NCBI GenBank assembly: GCA_965207885.1 | Contig: OZ242311.1 | Coordinates: forward strand, 2,731,235-2,795,234 | From: Candidatus Latescibacterota bacterium | Lineage (GTDB): Bacteria > Latescibacterota > UBA2968 | Direction: 5' to 3' | Length of the DNA: 64,000 nt | Shown here: positions 17,805-27,806 of the stretch, in pieces | Layout of the letters: every line of letters starts with the position of its first letter | Numbering within the stretch: the stretch's first letter is position 1 | Position numbers and translations under genes: made by a program | The notes under the pieces: model-generated | What the model saw: the letters and a program-made list of their open reading frames with translations, nothing else | Databases searched by the model: none | Told to the model about the DNA's origin: nothing

Positions 17805-18659
17805 TTAAACAACCGGTCTGATCTCTGGCGCGCCATTCTCTTCACACCACGGCGTAAGTGGGCTATCTCCACCGCCAGCTTTGTACCCCTCTATCTTTGG
17901 ATATCTTTCACCCACCAAATACCGACCCAATTCATCCAGTTTATCCATAAAGGCAGGCTCTTGACTCCGATAGTCCAGCGGCATCACCCAACGATAGCCA
18001 TAACCAATCATGATCGCCTTTCGCATGTTACCCGATGTGTTTATACCTGCTGCATGCCCGGTTCGATTTTCAAAGAACAGGCAATCACCCGCCTTTAAAG
18101 AAGCCTCAACATAACCTTTTGGTCCAGGCTCTCCTTCAGGGACTTCAATGGGGTTGCTGTGGCGATTGGAGCCAGGCGCAACCAGCGTCACACCCGAGTT
18201 TGGTTCGGTCAGATCATTGAGATAAAACGCGCACTTTAACAAAACACGGGGCACATGATTTCCCAATACTTTTGTCGCTGCACCATAATCGCGATGCCAT
18301 CCGACCCGCCGAACTTTCTTCGAGGGATCGGAAGAGCCTCTATAAGCAAGTTGTGATACCATCAGTTGGATATGTGCACCCAAAAGCTGTACCGCAACCG
18401 ACAGCGATTTGGCGTGGGTTAGCAGGGGAATAAAAGCATCATCTTTCACAATACAATTCTTAAAGCCCAGTCGTCCCGTGCGCATGTGTTGGTCGTCACT
18501 CGCAATCAACCGATCAGCAGCCTCAACGACCCGGTCAATCATGTCCTGATCGAGCACGTCGCGCACAATGAGATAGCCTTGCTCATCAAACTGCCTGATT
18601 TCTTGCGCTGAAAGCGCATACCAGTCCAGATCAATTGACGATTCTGTCATCTGAGCCAT
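17805..18659 (-). CDS. PhyH family Fe(II)/2OG dioxygenase
   Basis: The ATG at 18659 (MAQMTESS) has AAGGAG 8 nt upstream. IRQFDEQGYLIVRDVL, GWHRDYG, GVTLVAPGSNRH and GDCLFFENRTGHAAG motifs. Confidence 0.85.
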   Translation of the reverse strand: MAQMTESSIDLDWYALSAQEIRQFDEQGYLIVRDVLDQDMIDRVVEAADRLIASDDQHMRTGRLGFKNCIVKDDAFIPLLTHAKSLSVAVQLLGAHIQLMVSQLAYRGSSDPSKKVRRVGWHRDYGAATKVLGNHVPRVLLKCAFYLNDLTEPNSGVTLVAPGSNRHSNPIEVPEGEPGPKGYVEASLKAGDCLFFENRTGHAAGINTSGNMRKAIMIGYGYRWVMPLDYRSQEPAFMDKLDELGRYLVGERYPKIEGYKAGGGDSPLTPWCEENGAPEIRPVV

Positions 18660-18690
18660 TGTTTGCTCTCCTTTCATTTTGGCGCGGTGG

Positions 18691-20304
18691 TCATTCTCCC
18701 GTAACATTCGGGATGAGTGCCGACAAGCCCAGGTTTGTTAGCCGCTCGATTTCCTCCTGGAGTTCGTCGCCCTCCAGCGGACCCGCGTAGGGGGCCTGCT
18801 CGAAGCGACATGGAGACTCCACCAGGCGTGGGTCGTCGTTCTCCCGCAGAAGACCCATAAGTTCGTTCGCCAGGTCTTTGCGGATCTGCTCGTAGTCCGG
18901 GTTCGTGGCGACATTGTTCATGTAGTGGGGATCGACCCGAAGGTCGTAGAGTTCCTCTCGAGGACGCTTGCCGAAGCCGATTTCAAAGAGGGGCTGTACA
19001 TCTTCGTCGGCGCGGTGGTGAATCATCCAGGCCTTGGTTGGCCCCCCATCCATGTCGGAATACGCCGGGCGCGAACTGGCCAGGAGACTGTCCCAGGACG
19101 GCGCATCCGCATTGGGGTCGTCGAGCCCTCGCGGGTCCCCCACGGGCCAACGGTCGGGCTCAAAGTTGTGGATGTAGAGAAAGTCCCGGGTGCGGATCGC
19201 ACGCATCGGATAAGGCATGCCATCTCTCGCCATGACATTGTGGCGCTCCCGCCCCGTAACGACGGCCGTGCGCTCTGCTTCTACCTGTCCACTCCTGTTG
19301 CTTTCGAGCACAGGTAGAAGGCTGCGAGCCGTCATGCTGTCTGGGATGTCAACGCCCGCGGCGTCGAGGAAAGTGGGCGCCAGATCCATCAGGTTGACGA
19401 AGTCATCGACGACGCGGGCGGAAGGGATGCGTTCCGGCCACCGAGCGGCCAGCGCTACCTCGCAACCGATGTTGTAAAGGTTGCACTTGGCGCGCGGGAA
19501 GCCCGGAATGCCGTGGTCCCCACTGACGACGATGAGTGTATTGTCCAGCTCGCCGATGGCCTCGAGGCGCTCGATCAGGACACCCAGACCAGCATCTACC
19601 GCCAGACACTCACCCAGATAGTCGTTCACGTCTTCACGGATGTCGTGGACGTCGGGGAGGAAGGCCGGAAGGCGACCTTCTAGGTCGTCGGGCTCCAGCC
19701 CCCATAGCGCCTTGCCGGAACCGCGCTCCCAGGTTCGGTGGGTGTTGGTCGGACCCCACCAGTAGCAGAAGGGCTTTCCCTTGGGCCTCGCCTCCAGAAA
19801 GGCGTCGAAGTTCTGCCGCGTCTCTTCGAGGAGCATCTCTTTGGCCCCGTCGATTCCGAGTTCAGATGCCCGTTCGGTCGCGACGTGGGAGAAGCGGTTG
19901 TACAGCCTGCCTGCCTGCTCGTACCGCGTGCGCTCTGCGCCGTAGGGGGCGTTCATGGTCCTTCCCGGAGACCAGACCTTGTACGTGTACCCGATGTGGT
20001 AGCCATTTTCCTCGAGAATGAGGGGATAGGTCGGAATGGTCTCGTCCCACACAGCGCCCTGCAGGATGGCGCCGAGGCCCGTCTGCCAGAAGTACTGCCC
20101 CGAGAGGATGGAACTCCGGCAGGGCGTGCAACTGGGCGCCGGAACAAAGGCGTTTCGGAAGAGCACACCTTCCTTGGCAATCCGGTCGAAGTTTGGGGTG
20201 TCGAGGAGTGCGTTAATCGCGTTTTCGCCCTCGACGGGACGGTATGCGCTGGCATAACGTCCCCAGTCGTCCGCAAAGGCAAAGAGTATGTTGGGGGGCA
20301 TCAA
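18691..20304 (-). CDS. Cys-type sulfatase, no signal peptide, GC-rich
   Basis: MMPPNILFAFADDWG, PSCTPCRSSILSGQY and VSGDHGIPG motifs. Many long shadow ORFs in other frames indicate high G+C. Confidence 0.9.
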   Translation of the reverse strand: MMPPNILFAFADDWGRYASAYRPVEGENAINALLDTPNFDRIAKEGVLFRNAFVPAPSCTPCRSSILSGQYFWQTGLGAILQGAVWDETIPTYPLILEENGYHIGYTYKVWSPGRTMNAPYGAERTRYEQAGRLYNRFSHVATERASELGIDGAKEMLLEETRQNFDAFLEARPKGKPFCYWWGPTNTHRTWERGSGKALWGLEPDDLEGRLPAFLPDVHDIREDVNDYLGECLAVDAGLGVLIERLEAIGELDNTLIVVSGDHGIPGFPRAKCNLYNIGCEVALAARWPERIPSARVVDDFVNLMDLAPTFLDAAGVDIPDSMTARSLLPVLESNRSGQVEAERTAVVTGRERHNVMARDGMPYPMRAIRTRDFLYIHNFEPDRWPVGDPRGLDDPNADAPSWDSLLASSRPAYSDMDGGPTKAWMIHHRADEDVQPLFEIGFGKRPREELYDLRVDPHYMNNVATNPDYEQIRKDLANELMGLLRENDDPRLVESPCRFEQAPYAGPLEGDELQEEIERLTNLGLSALIPNVTGE

Positions 20305-20322
20305 TTATCCATTCAACAATTT

Positions 20323-22314
20323 TTAAAAGTTAGCGGACAGTTCGATTCTCTTCATCACCCGCTCCAATACCCACACCCTGACGATGCCGTCCCGCTGCCC
20401 ACCAAGCCCGCTTGTGTAATTGTTCTTTTCGAGTTGCGCATTGTGTTCCGGTCCGAACATCTCCTGTTTATTTATGGCCTGCTCCAGGGCGGGAATAAGC
20501 GGTTTCATGGGCTGGAGTTCTTCGCGGCTGCGGTATGACAGATAGGCACCGGCTCGTAGCCGCGCCCAGAGGATATCGCTCGACAGCGCGTGCTCAAAAG
20601 CAGGCAGGGCAAGGGCGCCTTCGCCTGCCCGCACCAGATAGTCCCCAGCGGCCAGGCTGACGCTGATTGAGGGATCGTCAAGGAGGGGGGACAGGCGCTC
20701 GATCATCGCGCGTTCCACACCGAGTGAGCAAAGGCCGGTAACAGCCCAGAAACGCACGGCGCTGTCGGGATCACCAAGTCGTTTTGCGAGTTCTTCCTTT
20801 GCTTCGTCACCCAGGCGCGCCAGGTCTGCTGTTTCCAGAATACGCTCGTAATTATCACAGTGCGCCCCGACGGCATGACTCACACCATTGAACTGCTCAG
20901 CTCGCGCAGCAATCTCCGGTTCATCGATCAAGCCCAAATCACGCGTCTCAATCATCCAGCCAAACAGCTTCTGCCGCAACTCATCCTTCACATTGCTGTA
21001 AGCAGGATCATCTGCCAGGTTATTTATCTCTTCGGGATCGTTCTCGATGTCATACAATTCTTCAGCCGGTTTGTGATCCTGCCAGATCTGGAACTGCTGG
21101 TAATGCTCAGGTAGTCCGTCCTGTTTGATCATGACCGGCGGGCCGAGCATCAGAAATACGCCGTCGGGGTCGTGGACCTTTTGTTTGCCCGGTAGGCAAG
21201 AGGTCTCCCAGAAGGCGCGTTCCGGAGTTCCTTCCTCCGGGACCTTCGCAAAGAATCCGCCGTCTGGATAGAACGAAGCGTATGGCTGGTGGGGGAGGAA
21301 GTTGCGGAAGTAACGGTATTTTTTTGTGCGGATTGTGCGGATTACTTCTGGGTTGTTGTCCAGCCGATCCCTGGCACTGCAGACGAATTCTCTCGGTTCA
21401 TCTCTGTTGGGACCGCACAAATTTCGGCTCTGGATGTGTTCGGGTACAGGAACGCCTGATAGCTGCAGGGTCGTCGCACACAGGTCCATGTGCAAGACGG
21501 GTTCATCAACCGCGGCGCCGGGTTCTGCCGGAGCCAGGTGCCGGTACTTCTCCGGGAATCGCATGATCAGCGGGATATTCAGTCCGTCGTCGTAGGCGTG
21601 GATTTTCCCCCGGGGATAACCCGTGCCATGGTCTCCCCAATAGACCACAATAGTGTCTTCACTGTGCCCCTGCACTTCAAGCTCGTCCAAGATCTCTCCG
21701 ACCTGTTTATCGACATTTGTAAGGGCGTCGTAGAAGAGCGCCATCCGTTCCCTGAACAGGGGCGTGTCGGGAACAAAGCTCGGAACCGGCACATCATTCG
21801 GGTCGTGCAACTCGTCGTCGCTCAAGAGCGAGGAACGCGCTTTCCGCGCATCCTCGGGCGTCAGTTTGAATACACTGGCGTGGGAACTGCCCAGTCTGTA
21901 ATACATGAAGAACGGCTTGTCTTCAGGGCGATTCTCCCAGAAATCTTCAGCGTTGTAATACTGTTCACGCTCCTCTTTGGAGACGTATAGATTGATGTCA
22001 TTATCCGGCTGCGTACAGGCGTAACCGGCGTCCGTCAACATTGTGTTTAACAACTCAACTCCTGCGGGGCGGATGATCGCGCTGCGGTGATGATGTGTGC
22101 CCAGCGTGGTCGGATGCATGCCGGTATAGATGCCCGTGCGCGACGGTGAGCAGATTGGGCCAGCGGTGAACGCGTTGGTGTAGCGCACACCTTCTGCCGA
22201 TAGGCGGTCAATATTTGGGGTATGTGCGTATTGATCTCCGTAGCAACCGTAGTTCCAGGCACTGGAATCGTGGTTACTGATCCAGAGGAAATTGGGTCTG
22301 TCTTGTTTTGTCAT
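20323..22314 (-). CDS. Cys-type sulfatase fused to a C-terminal HEAT-repeat domain
   Basis: RPNFLWISNHDS and PICSPSRTGIYTG motifs. The C-terminal about 190 aa carry HEAT-like repeats (LGDPDSAVRFWAVTGL, LLDDPSISVSLAAGDYL). Confidence 0.85.
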   Translation of the reverse strand: MTKQDRPNFLWISNHDSSAWNYGCYGDQYAHTPNIDRLSAEGVRYTNAFTAGPICSPSRTGIYTGMHPTTLGTHHHRSAIIRPAGVELLNTMLTDAGYACTQPDNDINLYVSKEEREQYYNAEDFWENRPEDKPFFMYYRLGSSHASVFKLTPEDARKARSSLLSDDELHDPNDVPVPSFVPDTPLFRERMALFYDALTNVDKQVGEILDELEVQGHSEDTIVVYWGDHGTGYPRGKIHAYDDGLNIPLIMRFPEKYRHLAPAEPGAAVDEPVLHMDLCATTLQLSGVPVPEHIQSRNLCGPNRDEPREFVCSARDRLDNNPEVIRTIRTKKYRYFRNFLPHQPYASFYPDGGFFAKVPEEGTPERAFWETSCLPGKQKVHDPDGVFLMLGPPVMIKQDGLPEHYQQFQIWQDHKPAEELYDIENDPEEINNLADDPAYSNVKDELRQKLFGWMIETRDLGLIDEPEIAARAEQFNGVSHAVGAHCDNYERILETADLARLGDEAKEELAKRLGDPDSAVRFWAVTGLCSLGVERAMIERLSPLLDDPSISVSLAAGDYLVRAGEGALALPAFEHALSSDILWARLRAGAYLSYRSREELQPMKPLIPALEQAINKQEMFGPEHNAQLEKNNYTSGLGGQRDGIVRVWVLERVMKRIELSANF

Positions 22315-22408
22315 CTATCTGGTTCTCCCAAAAAAAGATTTTGTGATGATTGGATATCAATATGCATCAGACGATAAAAATGCGAACTGCCAATCGCGTT
22401 GTAACCCC

Positions 22409-23791
22409 TCACCATTTCTGGTCTATAATCAGAAACCCTTTCGCTTTACACAGTTCACTGTCTTTCCACCCGTAAAAGAGGAGCATGCCATCTCTTACAT
22501 TTCCTTTTGGATCTTTGATCGGTTGAATATTGTTAAATTTCCAACCGGCATATTCCGGGGCACGTGGCGTCAAATCTCTCACTCTTTGCCAGGTAAATCC
22601 ACTATCGGTGGAGATCCACTCTTCAATATCTCCTCCACCTTTGGAGTCCATGTTGCCACGTTTTTCTTTTATAAATTTGTGATCACCTACCATCAGATAA
22701 GCATGCAGCGTGCCACTTTCATCCTGCCTGAGATAGCAACTGTTCCAATCATCAGTGGCAGGGGAGATAACCGTCTGTATCCATTTATGGTTAATATACC
22801 TCACATAATAGTAATTGCACCTGTCGGGCACGTCTTCCGATAGCACATGCAAAAAGGCCGGATTGTCATTTTTATCTATGACAATATCAGGTGGAACGCC
22901 TGCGCCTCTCCAACCGGTATCCCAAATTTTGCATTTGTCATTTGCAGTGCCAATATCAATGGGCGTTCTGACTGTCTCGCCATCAAAATTCGCGACCTCA
23001 TGCGTTTGAAGGTTGATTTTTACATAATAGAGATTGTATTTAAGCCCGAGATTCTTTTTGGTTCCATAACGAGGATTGTAAAACTTTTCTGGGATATCCT
23101 TCTTATTGTCATCATAAGAATAAAATACGGCGTGCAAAAACTTTCCATCTTTACTCGGAAAGCAAGTGTGATAAGAAGACCACTCATTCAAGTCCATCGG
23201 ATCATCTACTGTTGCTGTTTCTTCCCCCATGTTTAAATCTGTGACATCATTTTCAGGCCCTGACCAGGTCTTACCTTCATCGTCTGAAATTAAATATGAC
23301 CACGAACTTCTGTGCTCTCCTGTTCGAAAATAAACCACTTGTCTATTATTGTATATGTGATAAACCGTAGGATAAGAAAGCGAGTTTCTTATTTCAGGGG
23401 CTGGAGACCAGTCTTCTACACCGTTTCCAATATCCGCTACCTTTTTGGATATTAAATGTGTTCCTGGCGTTTTGTGACAACCTGACAAAATATGTAAAAA
23501 GTCATCATTATCAGCCCAGATTATGGGGCAATAATGCTGGTCGTTTGAGCCTTTGGTCCCCAGCTGTAGGGGAGAAGAAAAGGACTTTGTCTCGGGGTTA
23601 AAAGAGATAACAAAAGGATATGTCTTTTCCCTGGTCTCAGCATCCATTGGTGCCCCGCCATTATAAACGATATATACTTGATTGTTGATATAGATGGCTT
23701 GAGGGCGCTGCCTTCTGTCATAGATCATTTTTAATTGTCCCCCACTTCCAAAGGGAACAACAGAAAAAACCGTTTGTTTCTCAGTGTCCAC
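22409..23791 (-). CDS. BNR/Asp-box beta-propeller protein (BNR_4-like)
   Basis: Asp-boxes ISDDEGKTWSGP and STDSGFTWQRV. The GTG at 23791 has GGAGG 7 nt upstream. The track start at 23836 is a TTG without a Shine-Dalgarno site. Confidence 0.7.
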   Translation of the reverse strand: MDTEKQTVFSVVPFGSGGQLKMIYDRRQRPQAIYINNQVYIVYNGGAPMDAETREKTYPFVISFNPETKSFSSPLQLGTKGSNDQHYCPIIWADNDDFLHILSGCHKTPGTHLISKKVADIGNGVEDWSPAPEIRNSLSYPTVYHIYNNRQVVYFRTGEHRSSWSYLISDDEGKTWSGPENDVTDLNMGEETATVDDPMDLNEWSSYHTCFPSKDGKFLHAVFYSYDDNKKDIPEKFYNPRYGTKKNLGLKYNLYYVKINLQTHEVANFDGETVRTPIDIGTANDKCKIWDTGWRGAGVPPDIVIDKNDNPAFLHVLSEDVPDRCNYYYVRYINHKWIQTVISPATDDWNSCYLRQDESGTLHAYLMVGDHKFIKEKRGNMDSKGGGDIEEWISTDSGFTWQRVRDLTPRAPEYAGWKFNNIQPIKDPKGNVRDGMLLFYGWKDSELCKAKGFLIIDQKW

Positions 23792-23855
23792 AGCCTGACC
23801 TCCAAATGCAATCGGTGAAATAAGAAGGACTCTCAATTTTCAGGAGTGCCACCAT

Positions 23856-26525
23856 CTACTTCCTGGTTGGGGGGGCTTCAGGATCTACTGTAGCGCCTGT
23901 TACAAATAATAAGGCATCTTTGGAAAGCTTTTTGCCGCCCACGTACATACCCCATCGAAAGGTACTGCGACCACTGGGTCTTTCCCAGTCGTGGCGTCCT
24001 ACAAACTCCCCATTGATGTAGCATTCAGATGTATGGCCGTTGTCGCGAATGCGGACATCAAAAGACTTGCCTTCCATGTTCTTTAATACTGTCTTAGAAG
24101 TTGCTCTGCGCGGCTGGAATACGACGTCACCATCAGCGGTCATAACCAACATTATAGACCAGTCTTCACCGCTGTTTTTCACCTGAAAGATGCCACACCC
24201 CTGCGCTTTCACAATCGTGTAGGTGCCAATCCATTCATGCCAGGTACCGCGGTTCCACCTCTTTTTGCTAAACGCCTCAATCCGGGCCGCATTGGCACGT
24301 GCATTGCGCACATTGTGCTCGCCATCAAAAAGGCGAAACACCTGTGTGTTTCCGTCCTCTTGATACCATCGCGACCATTTGTGAAAATCGCGTCGAGGAA
24401 TCAAACTGTTGCCCGGTGTGTGAATATTGATTCCACTTTCTATGGGGCGTAATGCATGGGGTCCCTTTTCTACCACCTTGTTATTGACGTCAATTATTGA
24501 ACCTGTTATTCCCGTAGAGGAGTTCGTACCGATCGGAATCTGGTTCTCTTCGAGAATGGACGACCAGGAAGGATCACTACCCTGCCTGGTGTAAAGGACC
24601 TGATCGGGGTCGTCTGTTGTAAAATCCAGGATCTTCTTTCGCGTCCCTTTGCTGATGGTGACAACCCCGCTGTTCCACTCAGCATTGAGAAAGGGGCTTT
24701 CAAAGACTTTCTTTGGCGCGTAGTCGATTGGCTTGCCATTGATTGAGGGTACGGCTTTGGCGCTGGTATCAAAGGTCAACTGATCACCATAGATGGTTTT
24801 GTAGCGCAGCACCGTCCCATCTATCTGAACTTCACAGGCTTTTACCTTTTTTTTGAAAGCGTCGAAACTCGTGACATCGCTCCTGGCCATGACTTCAATG
24901 ATCACCGGTGCGTATTCATCATTGGGGATCATGGTCGCGTTTTCGGGAACAAAGCGATCCGTTTCAAACTCGCCATCCATCCACTTGAAACCGCCTGTAG
25001 CCACGCGGATCGCCGCATAAGCACCTTTGGCCTCCACATAGACCACGCCATCCTCTTCCACTGGCGCGCTCAACCCGCTCTTCGACATCCAGATGATCAT
25101 CTCGGCACCGTCCTTATGGTGCTTGAGCTTCTGGGTAATCAAGCTGCCTTTGCTCTGCACGGACCACTGTGCATTCATGGCCACCCGGTTGTCTTTGGGG
25201 CGAACGATGGGAACAATACGCGCATCGTGTTCGCCGGCAAAGATCACGCCTTGCCAGCGGTTTTGCGCACTGATCGCAGCCCAATCCTTCAGAGGCCTCG
25301 CTTCCGTCATCGGCGTTCCCATGATGAAGGCAGGATCACAGTAGCTGTAGCGCAGAATACCCCCTCCATCGGTTCGCATCCTGGTCGGCACTTGTGTATC
25401 AGCAGTCTTCAAAGGGCGACCCGTTTTTCCCAGACCCTGGGGACGCTGCCGCACCTCGTAGCGTCCTCGTCCTGCCACGTCGATTGCGATATCGGCTACC
25501 ACGGCTGGTGGACGGTAGTCGCTGAGAGCCGCGTTCACATCATGACCATAAACAGCAGGCTGCTTGCCGATGCCAAAGTAGAACCAGGCCAGCGGCGCAT
25601 TGCCATGATCCCGATTTTGCTTAAGCCCTTTCCAGAAATAGATGCGCGACCGCCCACCACCTTGAACGCCGTCAATCTGTTCCTGCGCCCAATAGGCAAA
25701 ATAAAGATCGAGCAACAGCCCGGCTGACCGTCTCACCTGCGGGTCACCAAAGTCGTAGAAATTGTAGAACCCCTTGATCAATGTGCTGTTATAGTCGTCG
25801 CACATCATCTCGATGCACAGGCTTTTGCGCGCACGTTCACGACAGTAAACCACAAAATACGCATTCCAGGCCCGATAGTGTTCTGCCGCCGTAGCGCCGT
25901 CATCATACTTGAGATTCTTGTATTCGGGCCGATCTTTCGCGATTTTGGCAAATTGCCAGCAGACTGTAAAACTCATGGCATGATGATTCTCTGACAGGTA
26001 GATGTGCCAGGTCTTAGATTTTTCGTATTCCGCCTTATCGAGCCTGGAAACCTTCCTGACGTATTCCCATATCGGCTTGAGAGCGAGGGCTTCGGTCTTT
26101 TTGGTGATGCGATTACTACCGTTGGTGCCGTACATCTCAATCAGCCGCATGACGATCTCCGCATGCCAGTGAAAGCTGTCACGGTCATTGATGTCCAGGG
26201 GGTTGTCGAGATAATGCTGGGCATTTTCGGCAAGTGCGGCATTGGCTTCTTCCAGCATCTCGTTCAGATAGAGGCAGCGTGCGGCAAACCCCACCATGGA
26301 ATAGGAATAGGCCCGCACATAATTTCCTCGCCCTGGATCGAGTGGCTTCTGTTTTTTTGCCCGCACCAACGGCTTGCCAGATTCAGCGCGAAACATCGCA
26401 TCCACTCGTTGTTCAAAGCCAGCTACGACCGCTTCGGGGGTAAAATTCTTCTTCACTGATTCCGCTCCTTGTGTCTGCCCAGTTATAAGTATAACGACCA
26501 GCATTATACGGTTGATGATTCGCAT
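23856..26525 (-). CDS. secreted two-module protein: heparinase-II/III-like toroid region plus C-terminal jelly-roll (PL7/ConA-like); candidate polysaccharide lyase
   Basis: The ATG at 26525 has GGGAG upstream. Signal peptide MRIINRIMLVVILITGQTQGA. The SENHHAMS and LLDLYFAYWAQEQIDGVQGGGRSR blocks are shared with the 28233 gene. The C-terminal 230 aa show an R..E / Q / Y motif order (ARIEAF, IFQVKN, FRWGMYVG). Confidence 0.7.
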   Translation of the reverse strand: MRIINRIMLVVILITGQTQGAESVKKNFTPEAVVAGFEQRVDAMFRAESGKPLVRAKKQKPLDPGRGNYVRAYSYSMVGFAARCLYLNEMLEEANAALAENAQHYLDNPLDINDRDSFHWHAEIVMRLIEMYGTNGSNRITKKTEALALKPIWEYVRKVSRLDKAEYEKSKTWHIYLSENHHAMSFTVCWQFAKIAKDRPEYKNLKYDDGATAAEHYRAWNAYFVVYCRERARKSLCIEMMCDDYNSTLIKGFYNFYDFGDPQVRRSAGLLLDLYFAYWAQEQIDGVQGGGRSRIYFWKGLKQNRDHGNAPLAWFYFGIGKQPAVYGHDVNAALSDYRPPAVVADIAIDVAGRGRYEVRQRPQGLGKTGRPLKTADTQVPTRMRTDGGGILRYSYCDPAFIMGTPMTEARPLKDWAAISAQNRWQGVIFAGEHDARIVPIVRPKDNRVAMNAQWSVQSKGSLITQKLKHHKDGAEMIIWMSKSGLSAPVEEDGVVYVEAKGAYAAIRVATGGFKWMDGEFETDRFVPENATMIPNDEYAPVIIEVMARSDVTSFDAFKKKVKACEVQIDGTVLRYKTIYGDQLTFDTSAKAVPSINGKPIDYAPKKVFESPFLNAEWNSGVVTISKGTRKKILDFTTDDPDQVLYTRQGSDPSWSSILEENQIPIGTNSSTGITGSIIDVNNKVVEKGPHALRPIESGINIHTPGNSLIPRRDFHKWSRWYQEDGNTQVFRLFDGEHNVRNARANAARIEAFSKKRWNRGTWHEWIGTYTIVKAQGCGIFQVKNSGEDWSIMLVMTADGDVVFQPRRATSKTVLKNMEGKSFDVRIRDNGHTSECYINGEFVGRHDWERPSGRSTFRWGMYVGGKKLSKDALLFVTGATVDPEAPPTRK

Positions 26526-26567
26526 TGTGACTACTCCCAACGCTAAAGCAGTAGGGCTTCTTGGCGG

Positions 26568-27692
26568 TCAATCCGCCTGACGTTGTAGCCCCAACGTCAA
26601 TATGTTTATCGCAGCATTGTGGTCTCTGTCCGTCTTATAGCCACACGCCTTGCAATGATGCACACGCTGAGAAAGTGGTTTTTTCTCTCTATGTCCACAT
26701 GCTGAGCAATCTTGTGACGTGTGCTTAGGATCAACGGCTTTGAATCCAATACCAGCTTCTTCCGCTTTGTATTCGAGACAGTGCCGAAACAGTGACCACG
26801 CTACGTCTGCTATTGATTTAGCCAATCGTCTGTTCTTTTGCATCTCTTTAACGTCCAATTTCTCGACGGCTATGAATCCGTGACGATTGACCATTTTTCT
26901 TGATTCTTGATGAGCAAAGTTATGTCGTTTATTACGGATGCGCTCATGCACTTTGGCAATGACTTTACGACGCTTTTCTCTTGTGGGGTCGGTCTTGGGT
27001 CTTTTTTTCACCGCGTCCCATTTGCGCTGTGCTCTGGCAAGAGACTTTTCCTCTTTGCGAAAGAATCTCTGATTCTCTATTTTCTGTCCGTCACTGGTCA
27101 CAGCAAAGGAATTGAGACCCACGTCAATGCCAACAGCAGGGCCTGTGTCTGCTCTTTCAGGCGTATCGCCAATATCACAAGAGATAGAGACAGACCACTT
27201 GCCTGTTGCTGTGCGCGTGATTGTGCAGGATTTAGGCACATCTTCAAGCGGTCTATGTTGGACAATGCGAATACAACCTATTTTGCTCAATCGCAAGCCC
27301 TTGTCGTCTAATCGACATCCATTGGCAAACTGAGGATACGTGATAGAATCATAGCGATGCTCATTCTTGTATCTGGGAAATCCAGCTTTCTCGCCTGTCT
27401 TTGACTTCTGTTTGAGACGCCGAAAGAATCCTTTGAATGCCCAATCTACTCTCTGGCACACTTGCTGGAGGACTTGAGAGTGCACAAGAGAAAAAGGCTT
27501 GTATTGATTTTTAAGCATGGGCAAAGTCTTATTTTGCTCATATCGGGACAAACTTTGTTTGTTGTTCTTCCATGCTTGTATTCTGGCACAGAGGAGTTGA
27601 TTGTATAAAATGCGACATTCGTCTATTTGTGCCAGCAAGACTTTCTCTTGCTTGTTGGTGGGTCGCAATCTATATTTGAATGACTTAACCAT
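26568..27692 (-). CDS. tnpB: TnpB (IS605 OrfB) RNA-guided endonuclease
   Basis: MVKSFKYRLRPTNKQ start. RuvC D (GIDVGLNSFA), E (IAVEKLDVKEM), zinc finger CSACGH..CKACGY, and RuvC D (TDRDHNAAINI) are all intact. Confidence 0.9.
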   Translation of the reverse strand: MVKSFKYRLRPTNKQEKVLLAQIDECRILYNQLLCARIQAWKNNKQSLSRYEQNKTLPMLKNQYKPFSLVHSQVLQQVCQRVDWAFKGFFRRLKQKSKTGEKAGFPRYKNEHRYDSITYPQFANGCRLDDKGLRLSKIGCIRIVQHRPLEDVPKSCTITRTATGKWSVSISCDIGDTPERADTGPAVGIDVGLNSFAVTSDGQKIENQRFFRKEEKSLARAQRKWDAVKKRPKTDPTREKRRKVIAKVHERIRNKRHNFAHQESRKMVNRHGFIAVEKLDVKEMQKNRRLAKSIADVAWSLFRHCLEYKAEEAGIGFKAVDPKHTSQDCSACGHREKKPLSQRVHHCKACGYKTDRDHNAAINILTLGLQRQAD

Positions 27693-27698
27693 AATAAA

Positions 27699-27727
27699 AA
27701 TATATATTTATGTGTTGTTTGTGTCAA
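27699..27727 (-). promoter_or_regulatory. near-consensus sigma70 promoter directly abutting the tnpB ATG
   Basis: Minus strand: TTGACA (27727-27722), 17-nt spacer, TATATT (27704-27699). Only 6 nt follow before the ATG at 27692, which implies a leaderless or near-leaderless mRNA. Confidence 0.45.
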
Positions 27728-27761
27728 GTTAGATATAGAGCAATCTTGTTGATGCACCGCC

Positions 27762-27782
27762 CACAATCCCTTGAGGATTGTG
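27762..27782. repeat. IS left-end subterminal hairpin
   Basis: Perfect 8-bp stem CACAATCC/GGATTGTG with a 5-nt loop, bracketed by GGCGG...GGCGG on the minus strand. Confidence 0.5.
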
Positions 27783-27806
27783 CCGCCATGCTAAAACACC
27801 ACACCA

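Noticed and set aside
19536-20538. Plus-strand ORFs of 161 and 266 aa antisense to the sulfatases at 18691 and 20323
   Set aside because: They are shadow ORFs in GC-rich DNA. They have no Shine-Dalgarno site and no recognisable domains, and the sense frames are unambiguous.
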